DNA from: Candidatus Levyibacteriota bacterium
GTDB taxonomy: Bacteria; Patescibacteriota; Microgenomatia; Levybacterales; UBA12049
DNA length: 64,000 bases
Direction of reading: 5' to 3'
Assembly (NCBI GenBank): GCA_027334565.1
Contig: DAHWUP010000004.1
Location: forward strand, 15,138-79,137
The translations under genes and the position numbers were made by a program. The first letter of the stretch is position 1. Every line of letters begins with the position of its first letter. Of the stretch, positions 40,703 to 50,928 are shown piece after piece. The notes under the pieces were generated by a model. It was not told the origin of the DNA. It did no database searches and was given only the letters and a program-made list of their open reading frames with translations.

Positions 40703-42652
40703 CTAAAGTTTATTTTTTAAAAGGATGTCTTCGACCAGGATTTTTAACGACATGGTCGCAACCCCCGTGACCGTATCCGCGCCGCCATAATAAATAAACA
40801 ATGTATCGTTTACAACCGCCGCCCCGCAGGGAAAGACCACATTGGGCACTCTTCCACTTAGCTCATAAGGCTTTTTCGGTTCTAATATCGGTTCGTCCGT
40901 TCGTGCAATGATGTTTTTCGGTTCGTTGTAATCCAAAAGCATCGCCCCGACCTTATAAATGAATCCGGGTTCCGATACCCCGTGATATAAAAGCAGCCAT
41001 CCGTGTTCGGTCTCGATCGGTGGGGCGGCGATACCAACCTTAACGTTATCCCATTTGTCTTTTCTTGCCTGAGCAATAATTCCTCCCGATAGATATTTTT
41101 TATCAGGGAAGTCCAAGTCCCTTAAGTGGTCCATCCAAATGACATCACCGAGGCGGTGGAAAGCAAGATAACCGTTGGTATTGACCTTTCTGATTATACA
41201 GGCGTCTTTATCATCCACCCCCGGAGGCGAAATAAGTTTAGGTTTATCGAAACTCCAGTTTTTATTTAGGAAATCGGAAACAGAAATCGTGGTAAGGGCA
41301 ACCCTGGGTGGATTATGCCCGTCATAAGCGGTATAGGTTATATATAACCGGTCGTTAATTCTGGTAATTCGAGGATCCTCGCAACCCGAGTTTCCCGTTT
41401 TATTTTTATCGGGATTAAGTTTCTTCTCAAAATTTTCTCTAGGCGTGTATATCGGATAGTCCAACACCTCATCGAGGTGCAAACCGTCTTTGCTGGATGC
41501 ATAACCCAATACGGATACGCCGTCGTTTGCCTGTGCCCGATAAATAATATGCACTTTCCCTTCCAAGTAAATTGCTGCAGGATTAAAAGCTCCGGCTTTC
41601 TTCCATTCGAGTTCAGGGACCGGATAGAGAATGGGATTTTCATCAAAGCGGGTGAACCTTCTGGGATTAACTTCTTCATGAGGCTTTTCTTCCGCCAGTA
41701 GATCGTTTAATAAAGCGTTCAAATCACAAGTCGCCAAAGCACAAACCGTATCCGCGGCGCCGTAATAAACGGATAGTTTTCCATCCTTAACGACCGCGCC
41801 GGAGGGAAATATCACATTCTTTACATTACCGTCCATTTCGTATTTTTCCTTCGGGTTTAGAAGGGAGGATTTGGAACGACCTAAAATTTTGCGGGGATTA
41901 TTAAGGTCTAACAAAACCGCTTCGATATTAAAGATTTTGTTGTTTGATGTGTAATTTTTAATATAGGAATAAATTACCAACCATCCCCTTTCGGTCTTTA
42001 TGGGAGGAGCACCCAGTTCAACCTGGTCATGGATATCCCTTAATAAATAGACGATATGGCTGTTTGCCGTTGTCTGCCATTTGTCCCAATATTCGGGAGA
42101 ATAAATATCCTCCTCCTTGTCAAATTCGGCGATGGTCAATTTTGCCGGCGGCTGGTCCGTATCTTTGGTCAAAATTGCGGTCAGCTTACCGTTAATTTTT
42201 TCCGGGAAAAGTGCCATCGCCTTGGAGTTGAATGTTGTTACGGGATGTTTTTCGAAATTTTTAAAGTCCTTGGTGATAGCAACCCCCAATTTAATTCCGA
42301 AAGCCGAAAACGGATATGCCGATAGGGCGGTATAAAAAATATAAAATTTTTCATTGATATAGATGATCCTCGGGTCCTCACAACCGTAAATATCCCAGTT
42401 CTCCGATGGAGAAATTATCATTCTTCGGTCGGTAAAATTTATCCCATCCTGGCTTTGTGCATATCCAACAGACGAAACTTGCATATTATTAATACCGTTT
42501 TGCTTTTTGGGTGAAGATAATGCACGGTATACCATGTGATATACACCTTGCGCATAAACGACACATCCGTTAAACGCGCCGTCGTGTTCCCAGTCGGTTT
42601 CGGGATTAGGGATTATAATTGGATTTTCTGATGCTCGGATCAGGGCAGTCAT
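40703..42652 (-). CDS. Tandem two-domain GH130 glycosidase/phosphorylase
   Basis: Two repeats each with FN, YRA, GCEDPRI, YTA, VxFP.GA, YYGxAD. Confidence 0.88.
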   Translation of the reverse strand: MTALIRASENPIIIPNPETDWEHDGAFNGCVVYAQGVYHMVYRALSSPKKQNGINNMQVSSVGYAQSQDGINFTDRRMIISPSENWDIYGCEDPRIIYINEKFYIFYTALSAYPFSAFGIKLGVAITKDFKNFEKHPVTTFNSKAMALFPEKINGKLTAILTKDTDQPPAKLTIAEFDKEEDIYSPEYWDKWQTTANSHIVYLLRDIHDQVELGAPPIKTERGWLVIYSYIKNYTSNNKIFNIEAVLLDLNNPRKILGRSKSSLLNPKEKYEMDGNVKNVIFPSGAVVKDGKLSVYYGAADTVCALATCDLNALLNDLLAEEKPHEEVNPRRFTRFDENPILYPVPELEWKKAGAFNPAAIYLEGKVHIIYRAQANDGVSVLGYASSKDGLHLDEVLDYPIYTPRENFEKKLNPDKNKTGNSGCEDPRITRINDRLYITYTAYDGHNPPRVALTTISVSDFLNKNWSFDKPKLISPPGVDDKDACIIRKVNTNGYLAFHRLGDVIWMDHLRDLDFPDKKYLSGGIIAQARKDKWDNVKVGIAAPPIETEHGWLLLYHGVSEPGFIYKVGAMLLDYNEPKNIIARTDEPILEPKKPYELSGRVPNVVFPCGAAVVNDTLFIYYGGADTVTGVATMSLKILVEDILLKNKL

Positions 42653-42773
42653 AAAAAGTTTAGGCAAATAGTCTCTTACTTAAGTCAATAGTATTTACCG
42701 GGTAATGTCAAGGGTAACATTTCTCCAAAAAATTTGCAAAAATAATGAAAAATAAGTCATAATTAACCTGAAC

Positions 42774-43193
42774 ATGACAAAAAAGGTCGACGTATGGAAA
42801 ATTCTGATGGCTCTTTCAATAATCGGAATTCTTTTGGCCGTTTATCTTTTTTATAATTATCTTGCTAAGCCGCGTTTCGAATCATGTTATGTAAATAGCA
42901 TCATTAACTGTGATGCCACCACCAAAGGCAGTCTGTCAACATTATTCGGTATTCCGGTAGCTTTGGTCGGACTGGTCGGGTACGTAGTTATACTTTTTTC
43001 ATCAATTTTTAGAAGAAAGAAGTTGGTTTTGGGGATGTCTATCTTTGGGATGATTTTTTGTCTTTATATAACCGTTCAGGAAGTATTTTTCTTGCATGTT
43101 CTATGTCCGGTTTGCCTTGTCTGCCAACTGGTGATGTTCACGATTTTTGTAATTGCGCTTTATCTTGAATTTAAAAAAAATAAGAAAGTTTAA
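42774..43193 (+). CDS. Vitamin K epoxide reductase (VKOR) family
   Basis: C...C loop, TMs, CPVC motif. Confidence 0.88.
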   Translation: MTKKVDVWKILMALSIIGILLAVYLFYNYLAKPRFESCYVNSIINCDATTKGSLSTLFGIPVALVGLVGYVVILFSSIFRRKKLVLGMSIFGMIFCLYITVQEVFFLHVLCPVCLVCQLVMFTIFVIALYLEFKKNKKV

Positions 43194-43215
43194 GCTTCTT
43201 TGTTATAATGAATTA

Positions 43216-44424
43216 GTGGAATTAAAGTCATTGTTAAAAGTAAAAATACCCCCGTTAAAACCGTTCTTAAAAAATCATTTGATCGAACTTCTGATCATAG
43301 TTTTTCTGTCCATCGCGGTTATTGCTTTAAGCGGTTTATTTATTTATAACTTAAATCAGTCTAAGCTTGTAAAAGCGGCTTTATCCGAAAGGCTGACTGC
43401 AGCAAACAGGCAGTACTCCGATTTAAAGAACCAAAATCAGTACAAGATTAACCAGGCGCTTAAAAAGAACATCGGCGACATACAATCTTCTTATAAAACT
43501 GTTGTTGATCTATACCAAAAAATTCAGGACCTAAAGGCACAAAAACAAGATACAAGTACGCTCGAAGTGGAATTCACCCAAAGTTTAAGTTACGTTTCCC
43601 AGCTTAATTATGCTTCGGCCTCGTCCCGGCTGGCAGTTTTGGCGGCGGATATAAAGAAAATGCAGGACGCCTTGGCTTTGGCTCAGGCGCAAAATGCAGC
43701 GGCCCAAAACGTTACGCAGAGCAATACTCCTCCCGCAAACGGATTTTCGGTGCAATCCGTCTCCACCCCAAACGGTAACTTTACGGTTTATATCATCGCC
43801 GCCGATTTAAATACCACCAGAGTGGTCGTCGATACGGCCTCCGGCGGGGACTGTTCAAATAACTGTCCGGTCCTGCCATTATCGGATTATATTGCAAGAA
43901 GCGGCGCGTTCGCAGGTATCAACGGAACGTATTTTTGCCCTGCCGAATATCCCAGCTGTGCGGGAAAAACCGGTTCGTTCGACCTTTTGGTGATGAACAA
44001 AAACAAGGTATATTTCAATTCCGCAAACAATGTCTACAGCACGAATCCGGCTGTGATATTTTACGGCAATACGGTAAGGTTTGTTTCCCAGGCCTTGCAG
44101 TGGGGCAGAGATACCGGCGTAGATGCGGTAATCTCGAATTATCCGCTGTTGGTTTACAACGGAAACGTCGTTTATTCGGGCGGTGGGGACCCGAAATTTG
44201 CGCCAAAATCCGTCAGAACATTTATTGCCAATAAAGGCAGTATGGTTTACATCGGAATTGTGTTCAATGCCTCGATGCAGGATAGCGCGAATGTGCTAAA
44301 GGCTCTGGGAATGGACAATGCCATGAATTTGGATCAGGGCGGTTCAACCGCGCTTTGGTACGGGGGTTACAAGGCGGGCCCCGGCAGGAACATACCTAAC
44401 GCCCTTCTGTTTGTCAGGAAATAG
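43216..44424 (+). CDS. Coiled-coil + phosphodiester glycosidase (NAGPA-like) domain protein
   Basis: INGTYF, RTFIA, NLDQGGST; in-frame GTG 6 nt after TGT-TATAAT. Confidence 0.8.
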   Translation: MELKSLLKVKIPPLKPFLKNHLIELLIIVFLSIAVIALSGLFIYNLNQSKLVKAALSERLTAANRQYSDLKNQNQYKINQALKKNIGDIQSSYKTVVDLYQKIQDLKAQKQDTSTLEVEFTQSLSYVSQLNYASASSRLAVLAADIKKMQDALALAQAQNAAAQNVTQSNTPPANGFSVQSVSTPNGNFTVYIIAADLNTTRVVVDTASGGDCSNNCPVLPLSDYIARSGAFAGINGTYFCPAEYPSCAGKTGSFDLLVMNKNKVYFNSANNVYSTNPAVIFYGNTVRFVSQALQWGRDTGVDAVISNYPLLVYNGNVVYSGGGDPKFAPKSVRTFIANKGSMVYIGIVFNASMQDSANVLKALGMDNAMNLDQGGSTALWYGGYKAGPGRNIPNALLFVRK

Positions 44425-44974
44425 CATCTTTTTGGTATTCGCTCTTGATAATCTTCGAGTATTTCTTAATTAGCTTTTGGATTTTGGGGTTAATTACAAA
44501 AGTACAATAGGGATATTCTTTGTTTTTGTCGTAATAATTCTTATGATAGCTCTCGGCCTCATAGAAATTATTAAAGGGAAGAATTTGAGTGACTATTTTA
44601 TTCTTATAGACTCTTTCCTTTTCAAGCCTCTTCCTTGATGCCAAAGCTTCGTTTTTTTGTTCATCGGTATGGTAGAAAATAGCCGAGCGGTATTGCGTTC
44701 CGACATCATTACCCTGCCGATTTAAAGTGGTTGGGTCGTGCGTGTGCCAAAACACATCAAGCAATACGGTGTAGGGAATTTGTTCCGGATCAAACTCTAT
44801 TCGGATGCTTTCGGCGTGTTGGGTTTGTCCGGATGAGACCTCTTCATAGGTCGGATTTTCTTTTACACCACCGCTGTATCCCGGGCTGACATCATAAACC
44901 CCTTTTAATCTTTTAAATATTGCCTCAAAACACCAGAAACATCCTCCCGCGAAGGTAGCGCTTTCGTTTCCCAT
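44414..44974 (-). CDS. msrA: Peptide-methionine (S)-S-oxide reductase
   Basis: GGCFWC, HDPTTLNRQGND, AESYH. Confidence 0.96.
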   Translation of the reverse strand: MGNESATFAGGCFWCFEAIFKRLKGVYDVSPGYSGGVKENPTYEEVSSGQTQHAESIRIEFDPEQIPYTVLLDVFWHTHDPTTLNRQGNDVGTQYRSAIFYHTDEQKNEALASRKRLEKERVYKNKIVTQILPFNNFYEAESYHKNYYDKNKEYPYCTFVINPKIQKLIKKYSKIIKSEYQKDAIS

Positions 44975-45054
44975 GTCAAAATTTTAACAGAATTACCAAT
45001 AAAAAGATGTATACTGATTTCACTTATTTTGATTAATCTGTATAATATAGGTAA

Positions 45055-45393
45055 ATGAAGATTTTGATCAATTGGGTTGTCTCGGCGATGGTCATTTTTA
45101 TTTTGGCAACCGTCGTGCCCGGCGTCCATGTCGCAAGTTTCGTGACCGCTTTAGCGGTTGCTCTTGTTTTGGGAATAATCAATGCATTTTTAAAACCGAT
45201 ACTGATAATTCTTACTCTTCCCATAAACATTTTAACACTGGGTTTATTCACCTTCGTTTTGAACGCATTACTGATCCTTTTGGCAAGCAAAATCGTTTCT
45301 GGTTTTGTGGTCGAGGGATTTTTAGCAGCATTGGTTTTTGGCATCGTACTATCTATCTCCAATACATTTTTGGGGCTTTGGGGAAAAGCTTAA
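45055..45393 (+). CDS. YvlD/phage holin family 4 membrane protein
   Basis: KPILIILTLPINILTLGLF. Confidence 0.88.
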   Translation: MKILINWVVSAMVIFILATVVPGVHVASFVTALAVALVLGIINAFLKPILIILTLPINILTLGLFTFVLNALLILLASKIVSGFVVEGFLAALVFGIVLSISNTFLGLWGKA

Positions 45394-45436
45394 CCTGCCC
45401 CTTTTATAATCCTTTGATTTTTAGTATCATTCCTCT

Positions 45437-46009
45437 ATGTCAAAAAACATAGTTCCTTTTGTGATAGTGTTATTGGTAATTTTCGTCGGCATCGGAGGAA
45501 TTTTCTTTTTATCGAATCAAGGAACATCTGTTCCCTCGCAAAACCCCTCAGACTTAATTCCGACCCTATTCCCGGCGCAAAATTCTACTCCAACGCCGGT
45601 TACCCAAATACCTGCTATAATAAGTCAATCGCCGGTTTTGGGAGCGGCAACAGCAGGGGCTAATATGGATAATTATGTTACGACAGCGGACGGTTTGAAA
45701 TATCTTGATGAAGTGGTCGGTACGGGCCAGATTGTTAAAAGCGGGGATACGGTAACCGTAAATTACGTGGGTACTCTGGAAAACGGGACCAAATTCGACA
45801 GCTCTTATGATCGAAATGAGCCCTTTACCACTCAAATCGGGGTCGGGCAGGTCATCAAAGGCTGGGATGAAGGAATAGTCGGTATGAAGGTAGGGGGCAA
45901 AAGAAAGCTGGTAGTTCCCCCTGGTCTTGGTTATGGTGCGCAAAATGTAGGCTCAATACCCCCAAACTCCACGCTTATCTTTGAGGTGGAGGTTTTGTCG
46001 GTCAAATAA
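45437..46009 (+). CDS. FKBP-type peptidyl-prolyl isomerase
   Basis: YVGTLENGTKFDSS, VIKGWDEG, IPPNSTLIFEVE. Confidence 0.95.
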   Translation: MSKNIVPFVIVLLVIFVGIGGIFFLSNQGTSVPSQNPSDLIPTLFPAQNSTPTPVTQIPAIISQSPVLGAATAGANMDNYVTTADGLKYLDEVVGTGQIVKSGDTVTVNYVGTLENGTKFDSSYDRNEPFTTQIGVGQVIKGWDEGIVGMKVGGKRKLVVPPGLGYGAQNVGSIPPNSTLIFEVEVLSVK

Positions 46010-46021
46010 ATTTCTGCATTA

Positions 46022-47023
46022 TTAAATTTCGTGGGGTAAAAATCCGGACATCGATTTTCTTATTTCAATCATTTTTTCTTTATGTAGTAATCCGTTCTCC
46101 GCTCCAACTTCCCGGATGACACTTGATGAATTTATAGTTCCCCAGACCATTGCTTCTTCAATTGACAGATCTTTTAAAACCGCGGAAAGAAAACCCGCGG
46201 TATAAGCATCGCCGGCGCCGGTCTTTTCTATCGCCTCAACTTTATTGCACGCAAGATGAAACATCTTATTATTCTGGTTTTGAACATACGAACCGTTCAC
46301 AGAATCGGTAATGATAACATTTTTGGCACCCAGGCTTCTTAGTCCGAATAATAGTTTCTTGATCAAATTTTTATTGTTTTCTAGTTTTAGTCCCAGCTCT
46401 TTTCCGTATAGAATTTCCTCCGCCTCCTGTTTATTGACAAACAAATAATCGGTCACTTCGATCGCATCCATCACAAATCTGTTTTTATATTCCAACTGTA
46501 AAGATCCCGGATTAAAGGCCAATAAAGTATCGGATTGTTTTACGTGTTCATAGACCTTTTCGTAAATATGTTCCCAGACATGGCCGATACTGGTTAAATA
46601 AATCAGTCTGGTATCGGCATTTTCGAATTTGAGGTTATGTTTTCGCTGGACGTGTTCGGTAAAAAGGGTCCGTTCGCCGTTATAGCTTAAGGCAACCGTG
46701 ATAGACGTCTGTTTATCGTTGTCCCGGATCACAAAGTCGGTATTGACGTCTTCATCTCCTAAAGTAGAGAGTATTTTTTGTGAAAATTCGTCGTTTCCGA
46801 TCTCGGCGCAAAGTCCTGAGTTTAATCCGAGTCTTGCTGTGCCCACCGCCGTATTGGTCGCGTTCCCGCCGATACCGACGATATATTTTTCAACGCTGAT
46901 TTTTTCACCCAGACTTATCTCGAGCCTGTTGTTTTCTCTATCATGTTTAAACTTCGGATCGGTCGACGGGATTTTTAGGAAAATGTCGATCACCGAATCC
47001 CCGATACATAAAATATCCAGCAT
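46022..47023 (-). CDS. PfkB family carbohydrate kinase
   Basis: GGNATN, NKQEA, TGAGDAY. Confidence 0.9.
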   Translation of the reverse strand: MLDILCIGDSVIDIFLKIPSTDPKFKHDRENNRLEISLGEKISVEKYIVGIGGNATNTAVGTARLGLNSGLCAEIGNDEFSQKILSTLGDEDVNTDFVIRDNDKQTSITVALSYNGERTLFTEHVQRKHNLKFENADTRLIYLTSIGHVWEHIYEKVYEHVKQSDTLLAFNPGSLQLEYKNRFVMDAIEVTDYLFVNKQEAEEILYGKELGLKLENNKNLIKKLLFGLRSLGAKNVIITDSVNGSYVQNQNNKMFHLACNKVEAIEKTGAGDAYTAGFLSAVLKDLSIEEAMVWGTINSSSVIREVGAENGLLHKEKMIEIRKSMSGFLPHEI

Positions 47024-47080
47024 AAGTCAATTATGCAGCAAATAAAAGGTCGGTTCAACAGATTGTGTTATAATCCGTCT

Positions 47081-47638
47081 ATGAACGGTGAAGGTAAGGA
47101 TGGTCCGGTATTCGGTGAGCCTCCGGCAAAAAGAGGCGGTAGGGAATTAAGAAGAATCAGCGAAGGTCAACTTCCTGTCTTGCCTGAAAGTAAATTGCCG
47201 CCCAGGGAACCGAGCGCACCAACCATCGAAGAAGCCAGGCGAAAATTACTCATTGCCGCCAGAAAACAAGAGAAGGCAAAAACAAATTGGGAGGAACTTG
47301 TTGTTCCGGCAGACCCCGAAGGAGATATCAGAATGCAAGGAAGGTATTATCAACTTAGGGAAGGGGTCGAACCGTTAGGTTTATTCAGTGTTCCGCCGGG
47401 AGTGGGGAATGCCAGCCGTTTTTATGAACTGCGGTCAGGCGATTGGATATTTGTCCGTAAAGGCTCATGGGAATCCGACAATTCCAGAAGAAACGGTTGG
47501 GGAGAAGTTTACGTTTTGGCAGAAGACCATAAACCCGGTCATAATCCGAGAACCCGGTTGTTCGACGACCATGGATTTAGAAGATATTCGGGTTACGCGA
47601 AATTCCAGGGGATAGTTGACAGACAGACAATTAGCTAA
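47081..47638 (+). CDS. Hypothetical protein
   Basis: TGT-TATAAT 6 nt before ATG 47081; no recognised motif. Confidence 0.55.
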   Translation: MNGEGKDGPVFGEPPAKRGGRELRRISEGQLPVLPESKLPPREPSAPTIEEARRKLLIAARKQEKAKTNWEELVVPADPEGDIRMQGRYYQLREGVEPLGLFSVPPGVGNASRFYELRSGDWIFVRKGSWESDNSRRNGWGEVYVLAEDHKPGHNPRTRLFDDHGFRRYSGYAKFQGIVDRQTIS

Positions 47639-48090
47639 TTGTTCCGTTCTTCCAGTTTCTCTATTTTTTTCAAGATTTCAAGCATTAAATTCTGTTGCGT
47701 TTGTAAATGCTTTAAGATTGTTTCTATTTCCTTTTCCGCCTTCTTGTCCGTCTCGAAATCGTGTTCGGCCCGAAGTTCGGCATGCTTGCCCTGAATATTC
47801 TGCCCGATTAGAAGAAGCGGCATCAGGTGTAGTTGGATCAGGTTGGAAATGAAAAGCCAAAGTACAAAAGCCGGATATGGATCAAAACGTAAATTTTTCG
47901 GGGCAAATATGTTCCAGGATAACCAGATGATTGTCCAGGCTGCAATGATAAAAAAGAAGCCCATCGTGCCGATTTTTTCGGTTATCAAAAGAGCAAGCTT
48001 TTCCATCGACGATAATCCCTGGCGGTGAATCTTGTTGACGTTTTTGACCGGATATTCTTTTTGAATCTTTGCAAAAGTTGTTTTTTCCAC
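47635..48090 (-). CDS. DUF1003 membrane protein
   Basis: FDPYPAF, PLLLIGQN, RAEHDFE. Confidence 0.85.
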   Translation of the reverse strand: MEKTTFAKIQKEYPVKNVNKIHRQGLSSMEKLALLITEKIGTMGFFFIIAAWTIIWLSWNIFAPKNLRFDPYPAFVLWLFISNLIQLHLMPLLLIGQNIQGKHAELRAEHDFETDKKAEKEIETILKHLQTQQNLMLEILKKIEKLEERNN

Positions 48091-48178
48091 GCCTTAAGCT
48101 TAGCACAATGTATATATTTTTCAAATAATTATGATTTTTTAAGTTATTTTTCAGTTTATTATGTCATTAATACACTTA

Positions 48179-48718
48179 ATGAAGATTATCGGCATCGGCG
48201 GAACCTTAAGAAAAGGTTCCTTTAGTAAAGCATTGCTTTTTGCTGCACAAAAATTGACCCCCAAGGGTGTTGTAATAGAAATTACAGAGATAGGAGACTT
48301 CCCTTTATATAATCCCGATATACCCGTTCCGAAAAACGTTCAGGAATTTAAAAACAAAATCAGGTCGGCAGACGCGATCCTTTTCTCAACCGCGGAATAC
48401 AATTATTCGGTTCCCGGCGTCTTGAAAAATGCGATCGACTGGGCTTCGAGGCCGTACGGAGATAATTCGTTTGACCAAAAACCGGCGGCGATTATGAGCG
48501 AGTCCACCGGATTAATCAGCGGGTCGAGGGCAGCGTACCATTTAAGGCAGATTATGGTAATGTTGAACTCGCCGGTTTTAACTCAACCGGAATTGATGGT
48601 ACCGCAAGCCAGTGACAAGTTCGATAAAGAGGGAAACTTGACAGATGAGCACACAAAAGAGAAAATAAAAGCATTATTGGAAGCTCTGTCAAAATGGGCC
48701 GAAAGGTTAAAACAATGA
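48179..48718 (+). CDS. NAD(P)H-dependent FMN reductase (ChrR/SsuE-like)
   Basis: GTLRKGS, EYNYSVPGVLKNAIDW. Confidence 0.92.
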   Translation: MKIIGIGGTLRKGSFSKALLFAAQKLTPKGVVIEITEIGDFPLYNPDIPVPKNVQEFKNKIRSADAILFSTAEYNYSVPGVLKNAIDWASRPYGDNSFDQKPAAIMSESTGLISGSRAAYHLRQIMVMLNSPVLTQPELMVPQASDKFDKEGNLTDEHTKEKIKALLEALSKWAERLKQ

Positions 48719-49191
48719 TTTTAAAAACTTTAACCAGTTTATTATCTGTAAGAACGGCATATGCGCATTGCGATATCCCATGCGGCATATATGATCCTCA
48801 TATGGCGCAGGTTGCCGCACATACGGTTGTCAGGATGACACAACTTATTTTGGATACCAAGGGCACGGATTCGAAATCGATACATAATGTCTCAAGAATG
48901 ACTCACGTAAAAGAAGAGCACGCTGGAAGGATTGAGGAGGAACTGGAAACATTGCGCAACGATTATTTCAAGGACGAGCATTTTAAAGAATATCCGGATC
49001 TTGAGGAATTGATCAAGGATACAATCGATTTTGCCAGCAAGGCAAGGCAAAACATCGATATGGATGTTGCGCTTAAGGCATTAGCGGGAACGCAGGCGAT
49101 CGCGGAAATTTTTTATAAGACCAAAGGCGTGACACCCGTTAGGGTCAAATCCGTATATCCGACACTGGGAGAAATAGTAACCTATAAATAA
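48715..49191 (+). CDS. sodN: Nickel superoxide dismutase precursor
   Basis: Propeptide then AYA|HCDIPCGIYDP nickel hook. Confidence 0.93.
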   Translation: MILKTLTSLLSVRTAYAHCDIPCGIYDPHMAQVAAHTVVRMTQLILDTKGTDSKSIHNVSRMTHVKEEHAGRIEEELETLRNDYFKDEHFKEYPDLEELIKDTIDFASKARQNIDMDVALKALAGTQAIAEIFYKTKGVTPVRVKSVYPTLGEIVTYK

Positions 49192-49481
49192 TGCTTCTTT
49201 TGGCAAGGTTTAAAATCTACGGCCACAGCATGGAGCCACAGATTGGGGACGGGGAAGAAGTGTTGGTAAGCGAAGTTCCGTTTTGGTTCAAAAAGCCTCA
49301 AATAAATGATATAGTTGCATTTGTAAGCAAAGACAATAAAGTTTTAATTAAAAGGGTATCAGGGGTGGTACGAGGCGGGTATTATGTTCAGGGAGATAAC
49401 CGGGAAGACAGCCTTGATAGCCGACGGTTCGGTAAGGTTTTGCCAAAGCAAATCATGGGGAAATTTATTTTTAAATTATAA
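49191..49481 (+). CDS. sodX: Ni-SOD maturation peptidase (S26-like)
   Basis: GHSMEP, LIKR, GDN..S.DSR.FG; coupled to sodN. Confidence 0.88.
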   Translation: MLLLARFKIYGHSMEPQIGDGEEVLVSEVPFWFKKPQINDIVAFVSKDNKVLIKRVSGVVRGGYYVQGDNREDSLDSRRFGKVLPKQIMGKFIFKL

Positions 49482-49994
49482 ATGCTTTTAGAGGTATTCA
49501 TCCTACTCGCAGTTATATTTTTGTTGATAATGCTATCGGCGGTTTGGCCTCCAGACAGTCCATGGGCTCCATGGTGGAGGACCAATAAGAATGTCGCCAA
49601 CGCGCTATGTAAATTGGCGGACATCTCAAATAAAGATACTGTTTATGATCTTGGTTGCGGAGACGGAGAGGCGTTGATCCAATCTGCAAAACTTGGCGCA
49701 AAAGGAGTCGGGATAGAAATTGATCCGATAAGGGCATGGATCGCACGGCAAAGAATCTCAAGAAACGGTCTTAAAGAGAAAGTGCTTATCAGAAGGAAAA
49801 ATTTCTTTAACGAAAACTTATCCGAGGCCTCGATAGTAATAGTATATCTTGTACCGGCAACGCTTGATAAATTGATCCCCAAATTTAAAAAAGAATTGAA
49901 AAAAGGGACGAAAATAGTCAGTTTTAGGTACGAGATGAAATTAAAGCTTAAAGATAAAGATACAGATAATAAACTTTTTCTTTATACTATTTAA
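49482..49994 (+). CDS. Class I SAM-dependent methyltransferase with N-terminal TM
   Basis: YDLGCGDG, GIEID. Confidence 0.85.
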   Translation: MLLEVFILLAVIFLLIMLSAVWPPDSPWAPWWRTNKNVANALCKLADISNKDTVYDLGCGDGEALIQSAKLGAKGVGIEIDPIRAWIARQRISRNGLKEKVLIRRKNFFNENLSEASIVIVYLVPATLDKLIPKFKKELKKGTKIVSFRYEMKLKLKDKDTDNKLFLYTI

Positions 49995-50928
49995 CTCTCA
50001 ATAAAAACCATCTTATTCTATCTGCAATCTTGAAAACGGCATAGAGTTTCTCATTGATCACGAGGTCGTAACTTCCTACATATTCCACGTGTCTTGGCCC
50101 GTATCCTTGTTTAAACCGATGGAAACCAAAATAGATATCATCCGGTTTAGGATCGGCTACGTTGGCGGCACCCCACATATCAAACTTTTTTAACCCCATT
50201 TTTTTGCCGAATCTGATCACTTCCCACATCATTAGGTTTGAGGCCATCACCTCGCGGTTTTCGCTGGTAGAAGCCCCATAAGGGTAATATAGAGTGTCGT
50301 CCAAAACAAAAAGTAGCCATGCAGTCAGTACTTTGCCTTGGTAAGTTGCCAAGAAAAGGTGAGGAGAAAAATTATCAGCACCTTTATTTTGCGTGTTCTT
50401 AAATGTTTCCCACATTAGCCGATGGTATGAAGGGGTATGTGCGTAGAACCTCTGGCGCCTGGTAGTTTCTTCGGTCAATTTCAGATACTCGTTAAACCCA
50501 TCATCACTATTATCTTCAGTTACCTTAACTCCTTTTTTTTGTGCAAGGCGGATGTTATACCTTGTTTTAGGCTGCATATTCTTAAGCAGTTCATCTTCCG
50601 ACTGCGTCAGATCCAAAATGAAATTATATCTGGTAAAAAGAGGATGAGCAGAGGTTTTAAGATTTTTGAAATTATATTTTGTTTTCCCCTTTTCGACATT
50701 CGGTTCCAGCTGTATAAAAATACAATTTTCCTTTTTACCGATTTCCCAAAGTTTGTCGAGCATTTTTTTATTGATATTGGGACCTTTGGGGAGGTAACCA
50801 ATGGTATAGGAGGTATGCAAAACGGGATGGATGGTCAAGATCAATCCGCCGGCGTTTATTACCCGAAGGCCTGTGTTGGCCCGAAATTCTCCCCACAGTC
50901 TGGTTTGAAGCGGATGTTGGCTTGTCAT
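49987..50928 (-). CDS. FemABX family aminoacyl-tRNA-dependent peptidoglycan bridge ligase
   Basis: LQTRLWGEF, KTRYNIRLA, YPYGAS, FDMWG, RFKQGYG. Confidence 0.9.
   Translation of the reverse strand: MTSQHPLQTRLWGEFRANTGLRVINAGGLILTIHPVLHTSYTIGYLPKGPNINKKMLDKLWEIGKKENCIFIQLEPNVEKGKTKYNFKNLKTSAHPLFTRYNFILDLTQSEDELLKNMQPKTRYNIRLAQKKGVKVTEDNSDDGFNEYLKLTEETTRRQRFYAHTPSYHRLMWETFKNTQNKGADNFSPHLFLATYQGKVLTAWLLFVLDDTLYYPYGASTSENREVMASNLMMWEVIRFGKKMGLKKFDMWGAANVADPKPDDIYFGFHRFKQGYGPRHVEYVGSYDLVINEKLYAVFKIADRIRWFLLRVK

Noticed and set aside
45055-45393. Holin as a sign of prophage
   Set aside because: The YvlD-type family is a common chromosomal membrane protein and there is no phage context.
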